Shown: in pieces, positions 48,860 through 63,004 of the stretch
How positions within the stretch are numbered: position 1 is the first letter of the stretch
Layout: each line of letters opens with the position of its first letter
Assembly: GCA_040954595.2 (NCBI GenBank)
Contig: CM082580.2
Coordinates: 5,771,419 to 5,835,418, forward strand
DNA: 64,000 nt
Direction of reading: 5' to 3'
From: Balanoglossus misakiensis
Taxonomy: Eukaryota > Animalia > Hemichordata
The notes under the pieces: generated by a model
Seen by the model: the letters and a program-made list of their open reading frames with translations, nothing else
Database searches by the model: none
Told to the model about the DNA's origin: nothing
Program-made: the position numbers and the translations under genes

Positions 48860-51811
48860 CTTGGAGCGTTGCGACGAAACTCTGAAAAAGGCAGAGAATC
48901 CCATCCTTTATATTCGCTGCACAAAACACACAGAATATCCACAGCGTGCGTGCGCATGTGATGAGAGCTTCTTGATGAATTTGTTGTGACGTGTAGGCGG
49001 GACCCAGCAAGAAGAATATAGTAGCAGTGTCCTTGAACACAAAGGCCAGAAGAGAAAAAAAGTTGTCGAGGAAGCTAAAACCGGCGCCTCCACTTCGACT
49101 GTTACAGTGCGATGTGACAGAGGACGTGGTTTATATCCATATAACCCTCGTTCGATATGACCGAAGTAATAAAAATGGTCAATTAAAATAAACAGTCATT
49201 ATTTGTACTATTTTGGTCAAGGACAATGATTCTGTATGCATCGTTCTTACCACAAGGAAGACATAAGGCAAATAAAACTATTACTCTGTACATTTCTCCA
49301 AAAAAGTTTGGGCATGTGTTGTGTGAGATTACGATGGCGCGTTTTATTATATTAATAGTGAGTTGTACACAGCTTGCCTCGTGCCCCGGTGAAGTCTTAA
49401 AATAAAATAAAAGACAAATTATCAACAGTGGTTTAGGGTCGACGGGGTCATGGTAACCACTTAGCCCTCTGCACCGTCGCTGTCGAGGCCTATTTCTTGG
49501 TCTGCTTTCTGCTGTAGGGTTTCCTCAAGTGACCTTAACTTCGTTTTGTCTGTTAATCGTCACCAGCAGACAAACTCGAGATAAACCTGTTCTAACGCCA
49601 TTTCCCCGGTAGCATTTGTCAAAAGACCCAGGCACAAGACGTCACTTTAGCAGATATTCGATTATTTAGGCGGGGAAAAAGTATCGGTGTTTCGCTTCTT
49701 TTTCCATTTAGGAGATTAAGCGTCTCTGCCGACCAGCTGAGTCGCTTCAAAGAAGTGTCGTTTAGGCCGATATAGCTGTCAGTGTGTATGTGTGTGGTGG
49801 TATCGCTTGAAGTGGCTGATTGTGTTCGTGTAGGCCGACTGAAATTTGGCTGATTTTGTCTTAGGCAGCTTTTAGCAGTTGCCAGGGACTTGGTTGACGG
49901 CGTGTGGAAACAACCGGCGCAGTTTTATAAGATTGGTCTTATATCAATCTTTAACGCGTGGTCGTTTGACTTCTGGGAGATTGACAAGCAGGCCGGCAGA
50001 CAGGCAGGCAGAAAGACAGAGAGACAAAGGGACGGGGAAGAGTGAGAGAAAGAAACACATCGGCATACCTGAGTACAACATGTACAAATTGGTCTGAGCA
50101 ATGGCCGTTTGCTGTATTTCAGTTGATGTCTTTTTCATCATGCCTATATTGTCAGGATGTGTTCCACCACTGACGCTATAACTATTTCATAGACCCACCA
50201 GTGAGTTTCAACTTGGTTCTTGGTACAAAAAGACGAAAACCGTCTTCGTTTATTTCGCACATGCCTCGGTATCATCTGAACACTGGCTAATAAAACCGGT
50301 CCGGTTCCCAAGGTCACAGTGTATCAAGCACGTTGCCGATTTATCTGAAATCTAGACTCGGAGAAGCTCACAAAACTGTCCACACCTATAATCATAAGCT
50401 TCAGCACTTCAATATGAGTTATGAATTTATATGGGCGTCCGCACTGGAGGAAAATATTTATATGGCCGGCCTTCGTCAATTTACGACCCGAAGAGGAGGA
50501 TGTATCTCATGGTATATTTCGCCACCCCTCCACGACTGTGCCTAATTAACTGATCTCAACAGTCTTATCATAATTTTATCGGCAAACACTCGTTTACATC
50601 GCCCATCGTCTGACATCCACGGTGTTAAAAATAGACATTTAACAGCTCTGCAAACTTTGGCGCGTCTATTTTTGGTCGCTATCGTCTGTTTTAAATCTGG
50701 GGTTCTAAAATAAGCGGCGGTTCTTCAATATTTAGTGAATATTTTGGCGTTTGACGTTATTGCGTGTTAAAGCGCGGAAAAGGGCGCCTGCCCTTTGCCC
50801 ATTTATCGTGCGGTTGCTTGTCTGTGTAATGACCACTCCAAAGACCTTGCAGATGCCAATTGGGAATTTCATCCATAACGCGACCAAGCTCGGGTCAGTG
50901 CTAGCATACGGGTATACCCGTGCGGTCGGTCACCGTCCGTTCGCACGGGTCGTCAGCTCGACTACAGTCTCCCCAGCGAGCCTGTTGGAGTAAACTGAAC
51001 TTTACCCAGATGGTCACTTTCTTTGATATGTAAATGATAGTCTCATTACGCATGTATGTGTTATGTAAGCTTGGTGGGTTTTTTCCGTTCTTGTGGGTGT
51101 TCAACTCAATTCAGACTTGGTCGGTGATGTTCATCCACTACACGTGTTGGTGTCCAATAAAGTAAGTGACTGTACTGAAAACAAGCTATCGCTTCCTCTC
51201 GTTATATCATTGCACCGTACGCAATGAACTACCGCATCTCAACAGAGCTCTTGTCTCATTTTCGGAGAGGAAAGGCGTTGGTGCATGGGCGAAGATGGCG
51301 GTCACTGCCTAAAATCGAAACATGAAGTACGGTTACGCAGAGTAGAATAAAAAAATGCTGTGGCAACGTCTCAAGGCTGGCCACTGGGAAGTGACATCGC
51401 CACTGTAAAGGAAAAAAACACTGACTAAAAGATTGCCGTTCGCGTTCTATCTGTAATTGCCAAAGATACAATTCGAACGCCAGGAATCCAAAGACTGCAG
51501 AAGCGCAAAGCCCGAAATGCGGAGGTTATCAAGTCATTAATAGGCGGCTGTCGATCATTAAAACAAACACCTCCCGCGTGAGAAACGTTATTCCTGCGGT
51601 TACCGGGGAGGAGAGGTTATTCAGCCCTAGATTCGCATTCCGTCGTCAAAACCGCAGAGACCCTTGCCACGGAATCTTCCGCCATAAAGGGTGTCGATAT
51701 TTCATAGAGAAGGAAGCGGTGCAATTAAGCAACAAAACGAAAGAATTATGCTTCAGACAACCATCACTTTTCCTTATTTTCCTTATTTATGAAATTCATC
51801 CATAGCAAACA

Positions 51812-51943
51812 ATGAGGCAATGAGAAGTAAAGTGCCTTGCTCAAGGGCAAACCATCGGGGCCAAGAAGTTACCATCCTCAGATAGAAAATCCACGTTGAA
51901 CCCACAACCCTGAGTCCCGGCACCCTGACCACTAGTGGCCACG
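51812..51943 (-). mobile_element. tRNA-derived SINE fragment
   Basis: The minus strand reads GTGGCCACTAGTGGTCAGGG (A-box-like), GTGGGTTCAA (B-box-like) and CCCTTGAGCAAGGCACTTTAC, a core typical of animal tRNA-SINEs. Confidence 0.5.
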
Positions 51944-54900
51944 AGTTTTAGAAGGATAGACAGGTGCGTTCTTGGCGGGAGAAAACTCTCCCCAGAAGCA
52001 TAATAAGTCTCGATTATCAGCGTCAAATTCATGCCATACATTCTTGTATTTTTAACTAGACATTTTCAATTCTTTGGATAAATTGCGAGTATTGCCATTC
52101 CACGAACAAAACAAAACAAAAACTCCAGTAGTAGAAATCTGGCGGATTAAGCAGATCTCTGTAATAACTGCAGCATCCACCCGGCCAAAATGTTATAACC
52201 TTTGTACGAGTAAGTGAACTTTCCCGCGGTACACCCACACACAATTACAGTACATGTACTATGACCATTACCTATTGTTCTTTTTTATAATAGTGATGAT
52301 AGATACATATTTTTTTTTCAAATGATTGTGTTCTTTCATTATTAATTTTTTGATATTGTGCCAGGAAAGTAATAGAGGGCAAGGATTCATTGGGAGACAA
52401 TGTTTCAGGTATTTTTTCGGTTTCCCGAAAGTATTCCCAAATTTTGATAATATATATAACTATCGTAGAGACTTTTTGTCTTAAAAATCGAAGTTCTTTT
52501 CATTTGTTTTAATCACAAGCTGCAGAGAATGTGTGCAGACTTTTGGGTTTACTAGCTTAACCAGTCTGATGTGATTGGACTCAGGAAATTCGGTGTACTT
52601 CAGTGCCTCGCCACACCGTAATCGACCCCCCCCCCCCCCACTCCTCCCAGTTTCTATTCCGCCCTCTGGTGTCATTAAATCACGCACTGCTGAACATATA
52701 TATCCGGGAAAGCGCAAAGTGAAAATAACATGGAAGGCGTTTTCCACATTTTGTCCATTAAACCTTCAGTACTCTGCCCATGTCTCTATCCAGAAAAAAC
52801 AAAGAAATAGCGCTGAATCAAATATGTGGTACGGTACGCCCGCTGGCACGCCGAGAGTTGCCATGAGAACGGTATTTGCATGTACAGAGAACGCTCACCA
52901 GTCTTTGCTATAGGGCACAAACAGACACCATAAATAAAATCTGACAAGATTTGATATTTCGAATGCTCCGAGTGAGTCCTGTCTGCAAAGTGGACCTTGC
53001 ATGGACAAGTCGAGCCAAAGTACGAGTCGATGCCATTCCTTGTGCATAGTCGACTTCTCCAACTGAAATCAGAGCTGGTGTACATGTGTTTGAGTTTTTT
53101 TCTCGGCAAAATAGCTGTGCTACACACACTCACTTTTTACGACCGTGCATAAAGAGATTATCGGTCCGCAATTCAAGTCAACCGATTGACTTCTAAGTGA
53201 GACTAACAATAATCAAAACCTGAGCGAAACAAAAAAATCTAAATATCGAACACAATCGCCACCAAAAACAAGACCTAAGAAATATCAGACCGTTTCATTG
53301 TCATTTTATTGCATCTGTTCTATCTTAGCATAAAACACATTCTGAGCCCTATAGAACATGTAGAAAGCAAGATTAAAGGGACAAAGCCCTCCAAGTTCTG
53401 GCGAAATTTAAAATCACCACCATAGAGGGCGCAATGGGCAATGTCTTTATATGCATGCATACACTGGTCCAAACACCGTTCTTTTCCTTTTTTCCGCTCG
53501 TCTCTGTGATCGAAGTTTTTAGGTAATCGGTCTTCAAGCTCTTTCTCTAAAAGTTTTCACCCCGCTTTGATCAATGTCCTGAGCAGTCTAAGATATGTCG
53601 TACAGTGCAACTTTGAAGCGCGTAGTTCAAAGCGTGAGGAAGTATTCGTTTGAATCTGTACCTGGGCCTCGAACAAGTATATAGCTCACTTTTAACGGGC
53701 TGGATATGTTTAGTTTCAACTTGGTCAACGAAATAACTATGGATTAATATCTCACCAACCTTAACAAATCTGCGGTGCGTTCGTGAATCGTGAACATACA
53801 TGTACAACTTGATACGAACAGAAATCAGGCACTGGTGTGAGTGATGTGGTGTTCACTCACCCGCCATCGGCGGAATGCGTTGCGTTGCATGCTAATTAAT
53901 TTTATACAAGATATTTACGCCTTGATTCACGATTCACGATTCAACGTTCCATGGACGGGTAGCGTTACTTTGATTGCGTGGAATTTGCATGTAATAAGTT
54001 TCCACATGTATCAAGCTGTTAGAATGCTTTTATGGCTGTGGAAATTTCTGATTTCAGTGTCGAGGAAGCTCTCTTCGGTCTCTCAAGCTGTCGACAGTGC
54101 CCACTGATCATCCGGGGTATTTGTGAAAGGCACTCCCGACGACCAAACCACTTGCAATTTATATTCTCCTCAGCAGACCCTTGAGGAGTTTAAACGTCAT
54201 AAAAATCGCTTTTAATAAACGCACGCCGATAACCTTCAGGCCGCGGGTGCTTAAACTTTTCATTTTTAAGAGTGTTCGGCGCATGTGAAAACAACCAGTT
54301 TGACAGAAACGTCAACCCGTTGTATTTGCTGTCGTTCAGGGGTCAGTGAAGGTAAAGTCCCCCGGCAACGGACAGAATACGCCACAGAGGGGGGTTGCTC
54401 ACATCATGCATACGACTGTTTCGTCGTTTTTTGTACATTTCTTTCTACTTTTAACGCGAGTATACCCATTCTGGGGTGGGGTGGGGTGGTAGTTGAACCA
54501 GCTCCGAGGGGCAAACTAGCGGCAACGCTGCTGGGTTTCGTAAGATTCACCAGAAAAATGAAGAGCGTTGAATATAACTACGTATAATCGAGCTATTTGC
54601 AAGTCCTGATTGACAACTTTTAGACCCGAATCCTTCAAAACGTAACGCAAGAAACTGTAAACGCACTCACCTCGCCAGAAGATAGACGTGAACTTGACAG
54701 TGAGAGTTCACACGGCCCCGGGCGTCCGGTGAAACTTTTAGCCGATTCTGCCAGATTGTAGCGAAGTGCGGTGTTAAATACCCCACATGTTTTGAGCCGT
54801 CATAAATTACGGGCCGTTTGACTTATTTATCGCAATGGGCAATATAAAATCAACAAAACGGGCACTTTCGTTGTCAAAGCTGTCAGAAAACGTCAGGTGC

Positions 54901-57900
54901 GTGGTGTACCTGTCTTCAGAAAGCCCTTTAACTCGCCGAGCATTTTATCTTGACTTGCATAAATACTTTGGTATCCCAGTAAAGAGTATAATCAACACCA
55001 GTGAAACTTGTTGCCCCAGTTTTCTGGTCAAGCAAGGGGTAAGTTATGACGATGGTGGTCGGAAGGAAGAAAATGGCGGGTGGGTGCGGGTGAGTGGCAG
55101 TTTTACTTATTGAATTTCTGGTGAATTTTATTGCATTCGCGGTTTTTTCTGTTGCAGTGCACAAAATAAAGCAGAATATTCCACATCAAAATTACCGCTG
55201 TCGGCGACCCCTTATTAACATCATATCTCGATGACTTCTTATGGTTTTACGGGCTTGTAAACACGCCACCCGACGATTGTTCCTCGTCAAAACTCCTCAG
55301 ATCGACATATAAACTACTAGCATAAAAACACACTTTGCACAAATACGGAAATATGGTCGCATCGCCTAAGATCTTATGACCGCAGTCTGTCGCCAACTTG
55401 AATGCAAGTGCGCCATATTGGTCCTGCGTCTAGAGGAATGCCACCTGCAGAGTCTGCGCCGTTGTCAAGGGCAAGTTCACACCCCAGATGGCGTTTGTAA
55501 AGAAAGTTAAACTGGCAGGTTAAACATTCTCATTCCTCCGCCTAATTGTTGCCATAGTTACTGCAATATTAGTGACCTTGCCAAAATACTGTGCAAGCTT
55601 TGAATGTTGACCGACCATTTATATCGATCGCTCAAAAAAATGAAAAGTTATTCCGAACACCTGTGCGCTTTTAACAAGTCCAGTTCCATGGTACTACAGC
55701 TGCAGCTTGCAGAACAGCGAAGGCGACAGCGCATGCTATCATAGAAGCGCCAGTTTCGACCCTAAAAGGCGTGGGGGCTGAACCTGTCCCAAATGCCATA
55801 TGCCCACCTTCACATGTCCACTTCAAGGTGACCTTGATACAGACTTAAAACAGTCGCGATGACGTCATAATTCAACCCATCATAGATTTTGGTGATGATG
55901 ATGAAAGCCTGAGAAAACTTAAAGGTCCTACCACGTAGAGAAAACAGTGCAAAGAACGCGATATTGCGCAACAAACCGCAGATTGAAATTTAAATCCAGA
56001 CGTGCATATATACATGCACCAAGAACATTTAGCAAAATGTTATGGGTTTTCAAAGCTTGTTCAAATCCTCCATTTAGCAGACGTCCCAATGAGCAATAGT
56101 ACTGCCTTTTAAGTTTACCATTGGGAGCTTGCACAAACGCAGAGCATGCCTTGAGCTAAAATACCTCCCACTAATTATAAATGATCAATCTTAAGCCAAG
56201 AAGTCGTGACGGATACAGAACCGCGTAGAAAGTGAAATTAGTTTTTTTTTTCCATAGGCATTGGGGAATTATGCCACTGAGCGCCTAAAGGGCTGAAATT
56301 AGCCCGTGTTTTTGCGATGAAAAATCTTCGCTTACCGAATCCGTGCCTTCTTTGCATAGCTCAATCACATACACAGACCTAACATACCTTCTGGTAAACT
56401 ATGATCAGCTCGTTAATCGCTAGGTATCCAAAGTTTTTCTTTGTGACTGCGGGGTTGTGGTCTAGGTTGGCCGTCGTGCATGTAACTGTACACAGGATCA
56501 ACGTCCCCAGGACTGAAATTTCAGAGTGTGTTTGTCGTTTAATGTAAAGTTTTTTTAATACTATATCATTCGGTTCGATGTTGGCATTATGACTTATGAA
56601 GATTTACTTCGTGGAAGTGGAATTCGCTGCATCATTTTCGGCGTAAATTATAATTTAATGTGCGTTTTATCTCAGATCATGCCACAACCACGCGGCTGCT
56701 GCGTGTTCATGGACGTGTGTGTGTATGTTTCGAGGGACAAAACAAAACACATTATTTTTATTTTGTGGGAGTCAGCTTCTAAAACCGTCTTGGCTCGTAT
56801 ACGCTATTTGTCTCAGACCCCAACATTAAATATTTGATATCGGTGAGTGCGTTGCTCCAGCTATGATTAACGTCGGCTTGGATTAATTACCACGTTAGTT
56901 GATAAATCATCCCAAAAGTCCGGTTCAACCGTCTACTCAGACCCGTCACGACAGTTATTGCTTGGTACACAACCAAAGGAATCTAAACGTCGAGGCGGGG
57001 CACGTGTATAGCTTTGATCGGGGAAGGCAATGCTGGCGGTCGAACCGAAAATGTATCAACCACCTGTAATGACGCATCCAATGCCAAAAAAAAACACGCG
57101 AGTGTGTGACGTAACAGATTGTGCGTAGTCCCGTGCGCAGTCGGGCAGCTTTGGTGCATTCCCAATAAACTTTATCCAACTACTCGTTAGTTTCATTTCA
57201 TTTCGGAAATCGGGATGCATAGATCCATGGTTTTCGGAATGCAAATGCAGATCCCTTGTCATCTGGTGACACCCTATGCTCTTGGACGCGCGTTTCACAC
57301 AGACTGACGAAATATTCCTGTTATTTATAAATATTAATTTTCTCGCTGGTCGTTCAAGACGGTGATTTTTGACCTGAATCAACGCTGGAAAGATTTGTGA
57401 GCTTTTCACAGCTACCTTGCCCTACTTCAGACATGGTTCCACGGACAATAAATCAAATTATTAAAAATGAATGATAAGACTCGATGACCAGTTAATCACA
57501 ATTTACTTGGTCATACATGCATGCTTGCCACAAGACGGAGTTATAGCATAGACCAGGGTCTACGGTTATAGTCATCGTCCACAGCGTCGGTTGCACGGGA
57601 AGTTTCTCTTACAGATTTGCTCCAAGTTTGTTGTTGTTGTTGTTGTTGTTAATGTCCTTGTAAGTCCATTTAGATCGAACTGTCTCTTTCGCATCGCGGT
57701 TTTGTCAGCTGCCGCGCCCACACCCGATATCTGAAATACTAGCTCGGGTAGAATGTGAAGGGTCAACGATGCGTTTATTTCCACGAATAGGCGAGTCAGC
57801 CAGTTTAAGGTCGTCATTTAAAAATCATTGTTCATAAATCGTTATTGCAAAGGGGGGTATGCATGTGTGTACGTGTTGGTCGAAATCTAATTGTCTCTGT

Positions 57901-58631
57901 ATAAAGGTGATTGGCCAGTTTTTTTGAAACTGTGAAGCAATTAGATCTGCCTGAATTTGATAAACAACGCTCCCTCCCCCCCCCCCCCCCCCCCAAAATG
58001 GGAAAATGAAAGTTGGGGGCGGTGGCAGAGATGGACTATAAACTTGATAGTCGCTGTTTTGGATTTCCAGTGCGTGAAAAGTATGGTCAAGGGTTCAATT
58101 GATGGGCGGCGTGACTGGTCATAAATAAAGAAGATAAACAAACAAAAGAAATATTATTTTGAATATTTGAAATTCCCCCATAGCAACAGAGTATCAAAGG
58201 TGAAGTAAAATGAAATGAACAACTACAACAATACTTACAATACAACAATAGGTTATACTTACATTTATTATGTTAATGTGCTTGATTAAAGTGAATTTTC
58301 TTGAGTTAAAAGCAATGTTAAAACGATTCATTTAGAATTAGAACCAGCATAGGAGACTGATTTTAATATGTAATGTGTCTTTCACATAAAATTTTCTAAA
58401 ATTGCTACTAAGGATAGTAAAAGCTTGATTAAATGTTGCCACGTGACTTTATCTCTGTTATACTATTATGTCAATCGCCGGTAGTTTTGTAATCAATTGA
58501 GATATATAGATTTTTTAATACCCTGTACTTCCAAGCATGGTTGTGCGCGGTTCGAAACTAACATCAGAGAATTCATCATCTCGCGAATGTATGTAGTCGC
58601 AGTAACGTCAGTGTTTGGCGGTAGTTTCGGC

Positions 58632-59078
58632 TTAGCTGGGCAGGTCGCCGTCGTCGTTTGTCATTGCCTTGTTGTTGCGGCTGCCGTCAGCTTCGTTTTC
58701 CACCGCCGTCTTTTCTTGGATCTCCTTGCTCGGAACGCCGTTGGCTTCTCCGCTGGCGTCGGCGCCCTTTTCTGAAGCGCTGACCTCGTCGTCTTGGAGA
58801 TACTTCGCGGAAACCAGCTGGTCGAGGTTGCCCGCTCGTTTGGTCCGGAAGTAGATTCTGGCCAGAAGCGCCAGGATGAAGAACTCGCAAACGACCAGGA
58901 AATTATGCCACACTGTGGACGAAGAACACGTCAATAACATTACCACCCACAGACGTTGACTGTACAGATGTGTTGAGAAAAATTCAGACTACTAATTTTG
59001 CTGACACTTTTTCGGATAACGATAGTGAAGCCATCATGTATAATTTTCCATTGAGAATATTCCCTGGCGATGATGATA

Positions 59079-59173
<95 letters not shown>

Positions 59174-60458
59174 TTTACTCCCCCCCCCCCCACATCACCA
59201 AATCCAACCTGTGCTTCGGGAAAATCACAGGATAACAGCAGCTATACACCAGCAGCATATGACCCCACTGACCCACCTTCCGATCTGCTCTTGGTCGGGA
59301 ACGGTTCCCTGCACGGGATGATCTCGAAGGATGCCAACAGCCCGAGCAGGATGGGCTGGATGTTCCCGAACAGCAGGGCGATTTGAACGGTGAAGTACTT
59401 GGGAGTGATTCTGAACCTCTGCAGAAACGTCCTGGATGCTGTGTACACGACGCTGAGAGATTGCATGGCGATGATTGTGGAAGTCAGTGAACAGGCGGAG
59501 AGATAAACGAACGGTTCTGCCAGGCCAACCTTCAATGTGTGTAGACAAACAAACATATAGACATTATATCAATACAAGATTTTATAAAGAACAGTTTCCA
59601 TTTACACTGTCGCAGCATCAAAATTGTCAGATATGGTTTAATGTCTGAGCTGTCAGTTTCAACTGTATTGTGTTGAATTTAGGAATGAAGATTGCCAATT
59701 TTCCCTATTAAATGTACATAAACATTAAAGTGAAATGTTTCATCAATAGACAAACAGCCGTTCTTAAACACGGTAGGGTACTATATGCTGACGACATATT
59801 GCTTATATACATAGTCGCATCATGGACTAACACTGCTGAATGGAAGAACTAGTAGTATTCTGTAGGGATGCGTCGCTCTCAAACTACTTCCGCTACCTTA
59901 GATAGATTTTACTTCGTGCTAGGAGGTTCTAAGACACATTATAAAGATGATTTCAGGAGAGCCTGTGTACGTAAATACGGGAAATACCAATTGATGGGAA
60001 TGGTCATCTTTCTCCTGTCAAGATACTCACCGCCCCAGCAGTATAACGACCATCCACCCAGAGGATGCAAGCGATGAAGTACGTTATGGGACAAATGATG
60101 GCCACTTGCATAACCAATCTTCGCAGTCTACGTTGTGTTTTGCTGAAATGATAAAAAATAAAAACTCAATGGTGATTTCGTATACGTTGTAGTAATAGGT
60201 TGCGATTCGTTGTGATCCATATTTTAATGAGCACCAATGGGTACACGATTTCTCAGACAAATTACTGTATATGTATTTAATAAAAGTAAATCATTATTAA
60301 CACAATTTATGTTTTCTTCATATAAAGCAAAGTCTAAGCCTGTCTGTCTATGTCTCTGTCTGTCTCTTTGTATCTGTCTCTCTCTCTGCCTCTCTGTGTC
60401 TGTCTGTCTGTCTCTCGCTCGCTCTCTCTCTCACTCTCTCTCTCTCACTCTCTCTCTC

Positions 60459-60531
<73 letters not shown>

Positions 60532-61695
60532 AGCTCTCTCTCTCTCGCTCTCGCTCTCTCTCTCTCCCCTCGCTCTCTCTCTCTCCTCCCCTCACCTCCA
60601 TGACCAAATATATCAAATGATTCTTTATTCATCCCCATTCTTACTTACTAACTCATTGATACTCGAGGCAGACACAAACAACACATCATCAACGGCAAGG
60701 TGTTCAGTTTGACCGGCTTCCCTTTCAGAGTCATCAACATGGCGTCCCTTCCTCCGTAGTAATCCATGATCAACTTCAGAAACTGGTACATTGCTATGGA
60801 CAGCTGACTGATTGTCATAAAATCCCACACGACATGAAATTAACAATATCAACCAATTAATAAATTCCCACAATGGAATAAAATGAGTGGTTTTTACAAA
60901 ACTTGGCAAAACAGAGAAAATGCTGAGTCACTTCAGAGCTTATATCGCATGTAATGCGTTTTGGTAGCGGAGTTATCTGTCTGTGTGAATTTCGCTTTGG
61001 GCGATGTATGGAAGTTGCGTGAGCGAAAAAAAATATTTCAAAAATCTTTTTGCGGATGTGCGAATACTTACATGGAAGACGTGAACTTTGTGAACAGCGA
61101 AGCTCGTGGAACAAACAAGGCCAATGTAGAACATACGCTGAATGTCTGTGAAATGTGGGATTAAATTCGATGAATTTTAAGCACCGTGCATGCGCAGCAA
61201 AACTATATTGCAGTAGAATACGCTATATGGATTTAAGTTTCATCGTCCGTTATCAAATGAAATGAATCACGTGATACACAAGCCAATCTAACACCGTGCA
61301 TGCAGCAATTAATGCTAAATATTGAATTAAAAGTTGGCTAACTCAATGAGCAGCAAATATAGCACGCTTACCGGATATATGCACAAAATCCAAATGATTT
61401 TATTTCTTCTCGTCTTCCTTGGAATAGACTTGAAGATGAATATGGTCGATTCGATGAAAATCAGCACAGTAAGAAAGGACAGGATAGGAGCGAGGGAGTA
61501 CATCGCAATGCGAACTGGTGGCGCATCTGAGGAAGAAGAATATCCCGCACGTCCATAATGAAAAGTTAAGTTTACAGTGATTCCTATCTGGTGCGTCTAT
61601 AGGACACGTACTCCTCCCTCCCTCCCTCCCTCTCCACCTCCCCTCTCTCACTCTCTGTCTATCTGTCTCTGTCTATATGTCTGTCTCTATCTGAG

Positions 61696-61787
<92 letters not shown>

Positions 61788-61874
61788 CTTCCGTTTAACA
61801 GACTGAGATACAAACCTACCATTGAAAACCTCGGTGGAATATGGAACCTCCCCAGAACAGGTTGAGTTAGCCAT
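58632..61874 (-). CDS. Organic solute transporter alpha-like protein, paralogue C, ~362 aa
   Basis: Exons 61874-61820, 61526-61372, 61145-61072, 60807-60649, 60142-60031, 59529-59277 and 58912-58632, with the same phases as A and B. Motifs ALFVPRA, DYYGG, MMCCLCLP, LWVDGRY and LVVCEF. Confidence 0.9.
59068..59172. repeat. (GAT)n microsatellite in an OST-alpha C intron
   Basis: Near-pure GAT run. Confidence 0.97.
60341..60587. repeat. (CT)n-rich microsatellite in an OST-alpha C intron
   Basis: CT/GTCT runs; a similar tract lies at ~61640-61786. Confidence 0.95.
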
Positions 61875-62544
61875 AATTTTATGCAAGAGGAAAAATCTGA
61901 AGTAAAAACAAAACAAAACAAAACGCATTAATCCAAAAAATAAAGAGTTGTTTCTGGACTTGATTTTTCTTTTTTACTACATTCATCAGAAGTCAATCCC
62001 TGCTATATACTCAAACATTTACGCGGGACTTTTAAAATACACTTACGCACTTGTCTAAAAAAGCAGTGCAATACATTTCAGTTTATGGGTGATTGTAGTG
62101 ACCTATTGTTAGAATGATAAGCACGAATTTGTTATCAATTCTTGCAGATGATTCTTGTTTATTTTATTAAAAAAATAAAATACGTTATTTTAATCAAATG
62201 AATCTTTGTCAGTTATGTGTTCATGAAACGTCCTGACTTCCTGCTATACGTGATGTGCAGTGCGTTGGTGCGTCTGGATTCTGGCTGGGTGATAGATATC
62301 TTTGCACACTTCGCCACACCTCTAACATACACCTTGTACTATTAATCACAGCAAACACAATCCCAAAGGTGTGATGTATGGGGCTATCAGAGGCTATCTA
62401 CTCCACTGATACACTTTACACGTCATGTTTTTTCTTGAAGTCATCTGTGTCAATGAACATGTTCAATGTGTACTTAGCATAAATCACATAGACGGAAACC
62501 TGTAAGGGATGTTGACATGCGTTACGCTTGTGTGTGTCCGTATA

Positions 62545-62629
<85 letters not shown>

Positions 62630-62884
62630 GTATGTATGCATGTATGTATGTATGTATGTATGTATGTATGTATGTATGTATGTATGTATGTATGTATGTA
62701 TGTATGTATGTATGTTTGTATGTATGAATGTATGTATGTATGTATGTATGTATGTATGTATGTATGTATGTATGTATGTATGTATGTATGTATGTATGTA
62801 TGTATGTATGTATGTATGTATGTATGTATGTATGTATGTATGTAGGTAGGTATGTATGTATGTATGTATGTATGTATGTATGTA

Positions 62885-62970
<86 letters not shown>
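62545..62970. repeat. Compound microsatellite (TGTC)n-(TATG)n-(TG)n
   Basis: Directly visible tandem runs. Confidence 0.97.
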
Positions 62971-63004
62971 CTTGAATGGATGTATAAATATGGATGAATG
63001 GATA

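Noticed and set aside
49000-58600. Possible hidden gene in the 9.6-kb interval between OST-alpha B and C
   Set aside because: Only short ORFs with no recognisable domains or consistent exon chains were found. It may hold UTR exons and old repeat fragments, but none could be supported.
58970-59386. Poly-Asp, poly-Ser and poly-Met ORFs
   Set aside because: These are translations of an intronic (GAT)n microsatellite within OST-alpha C.
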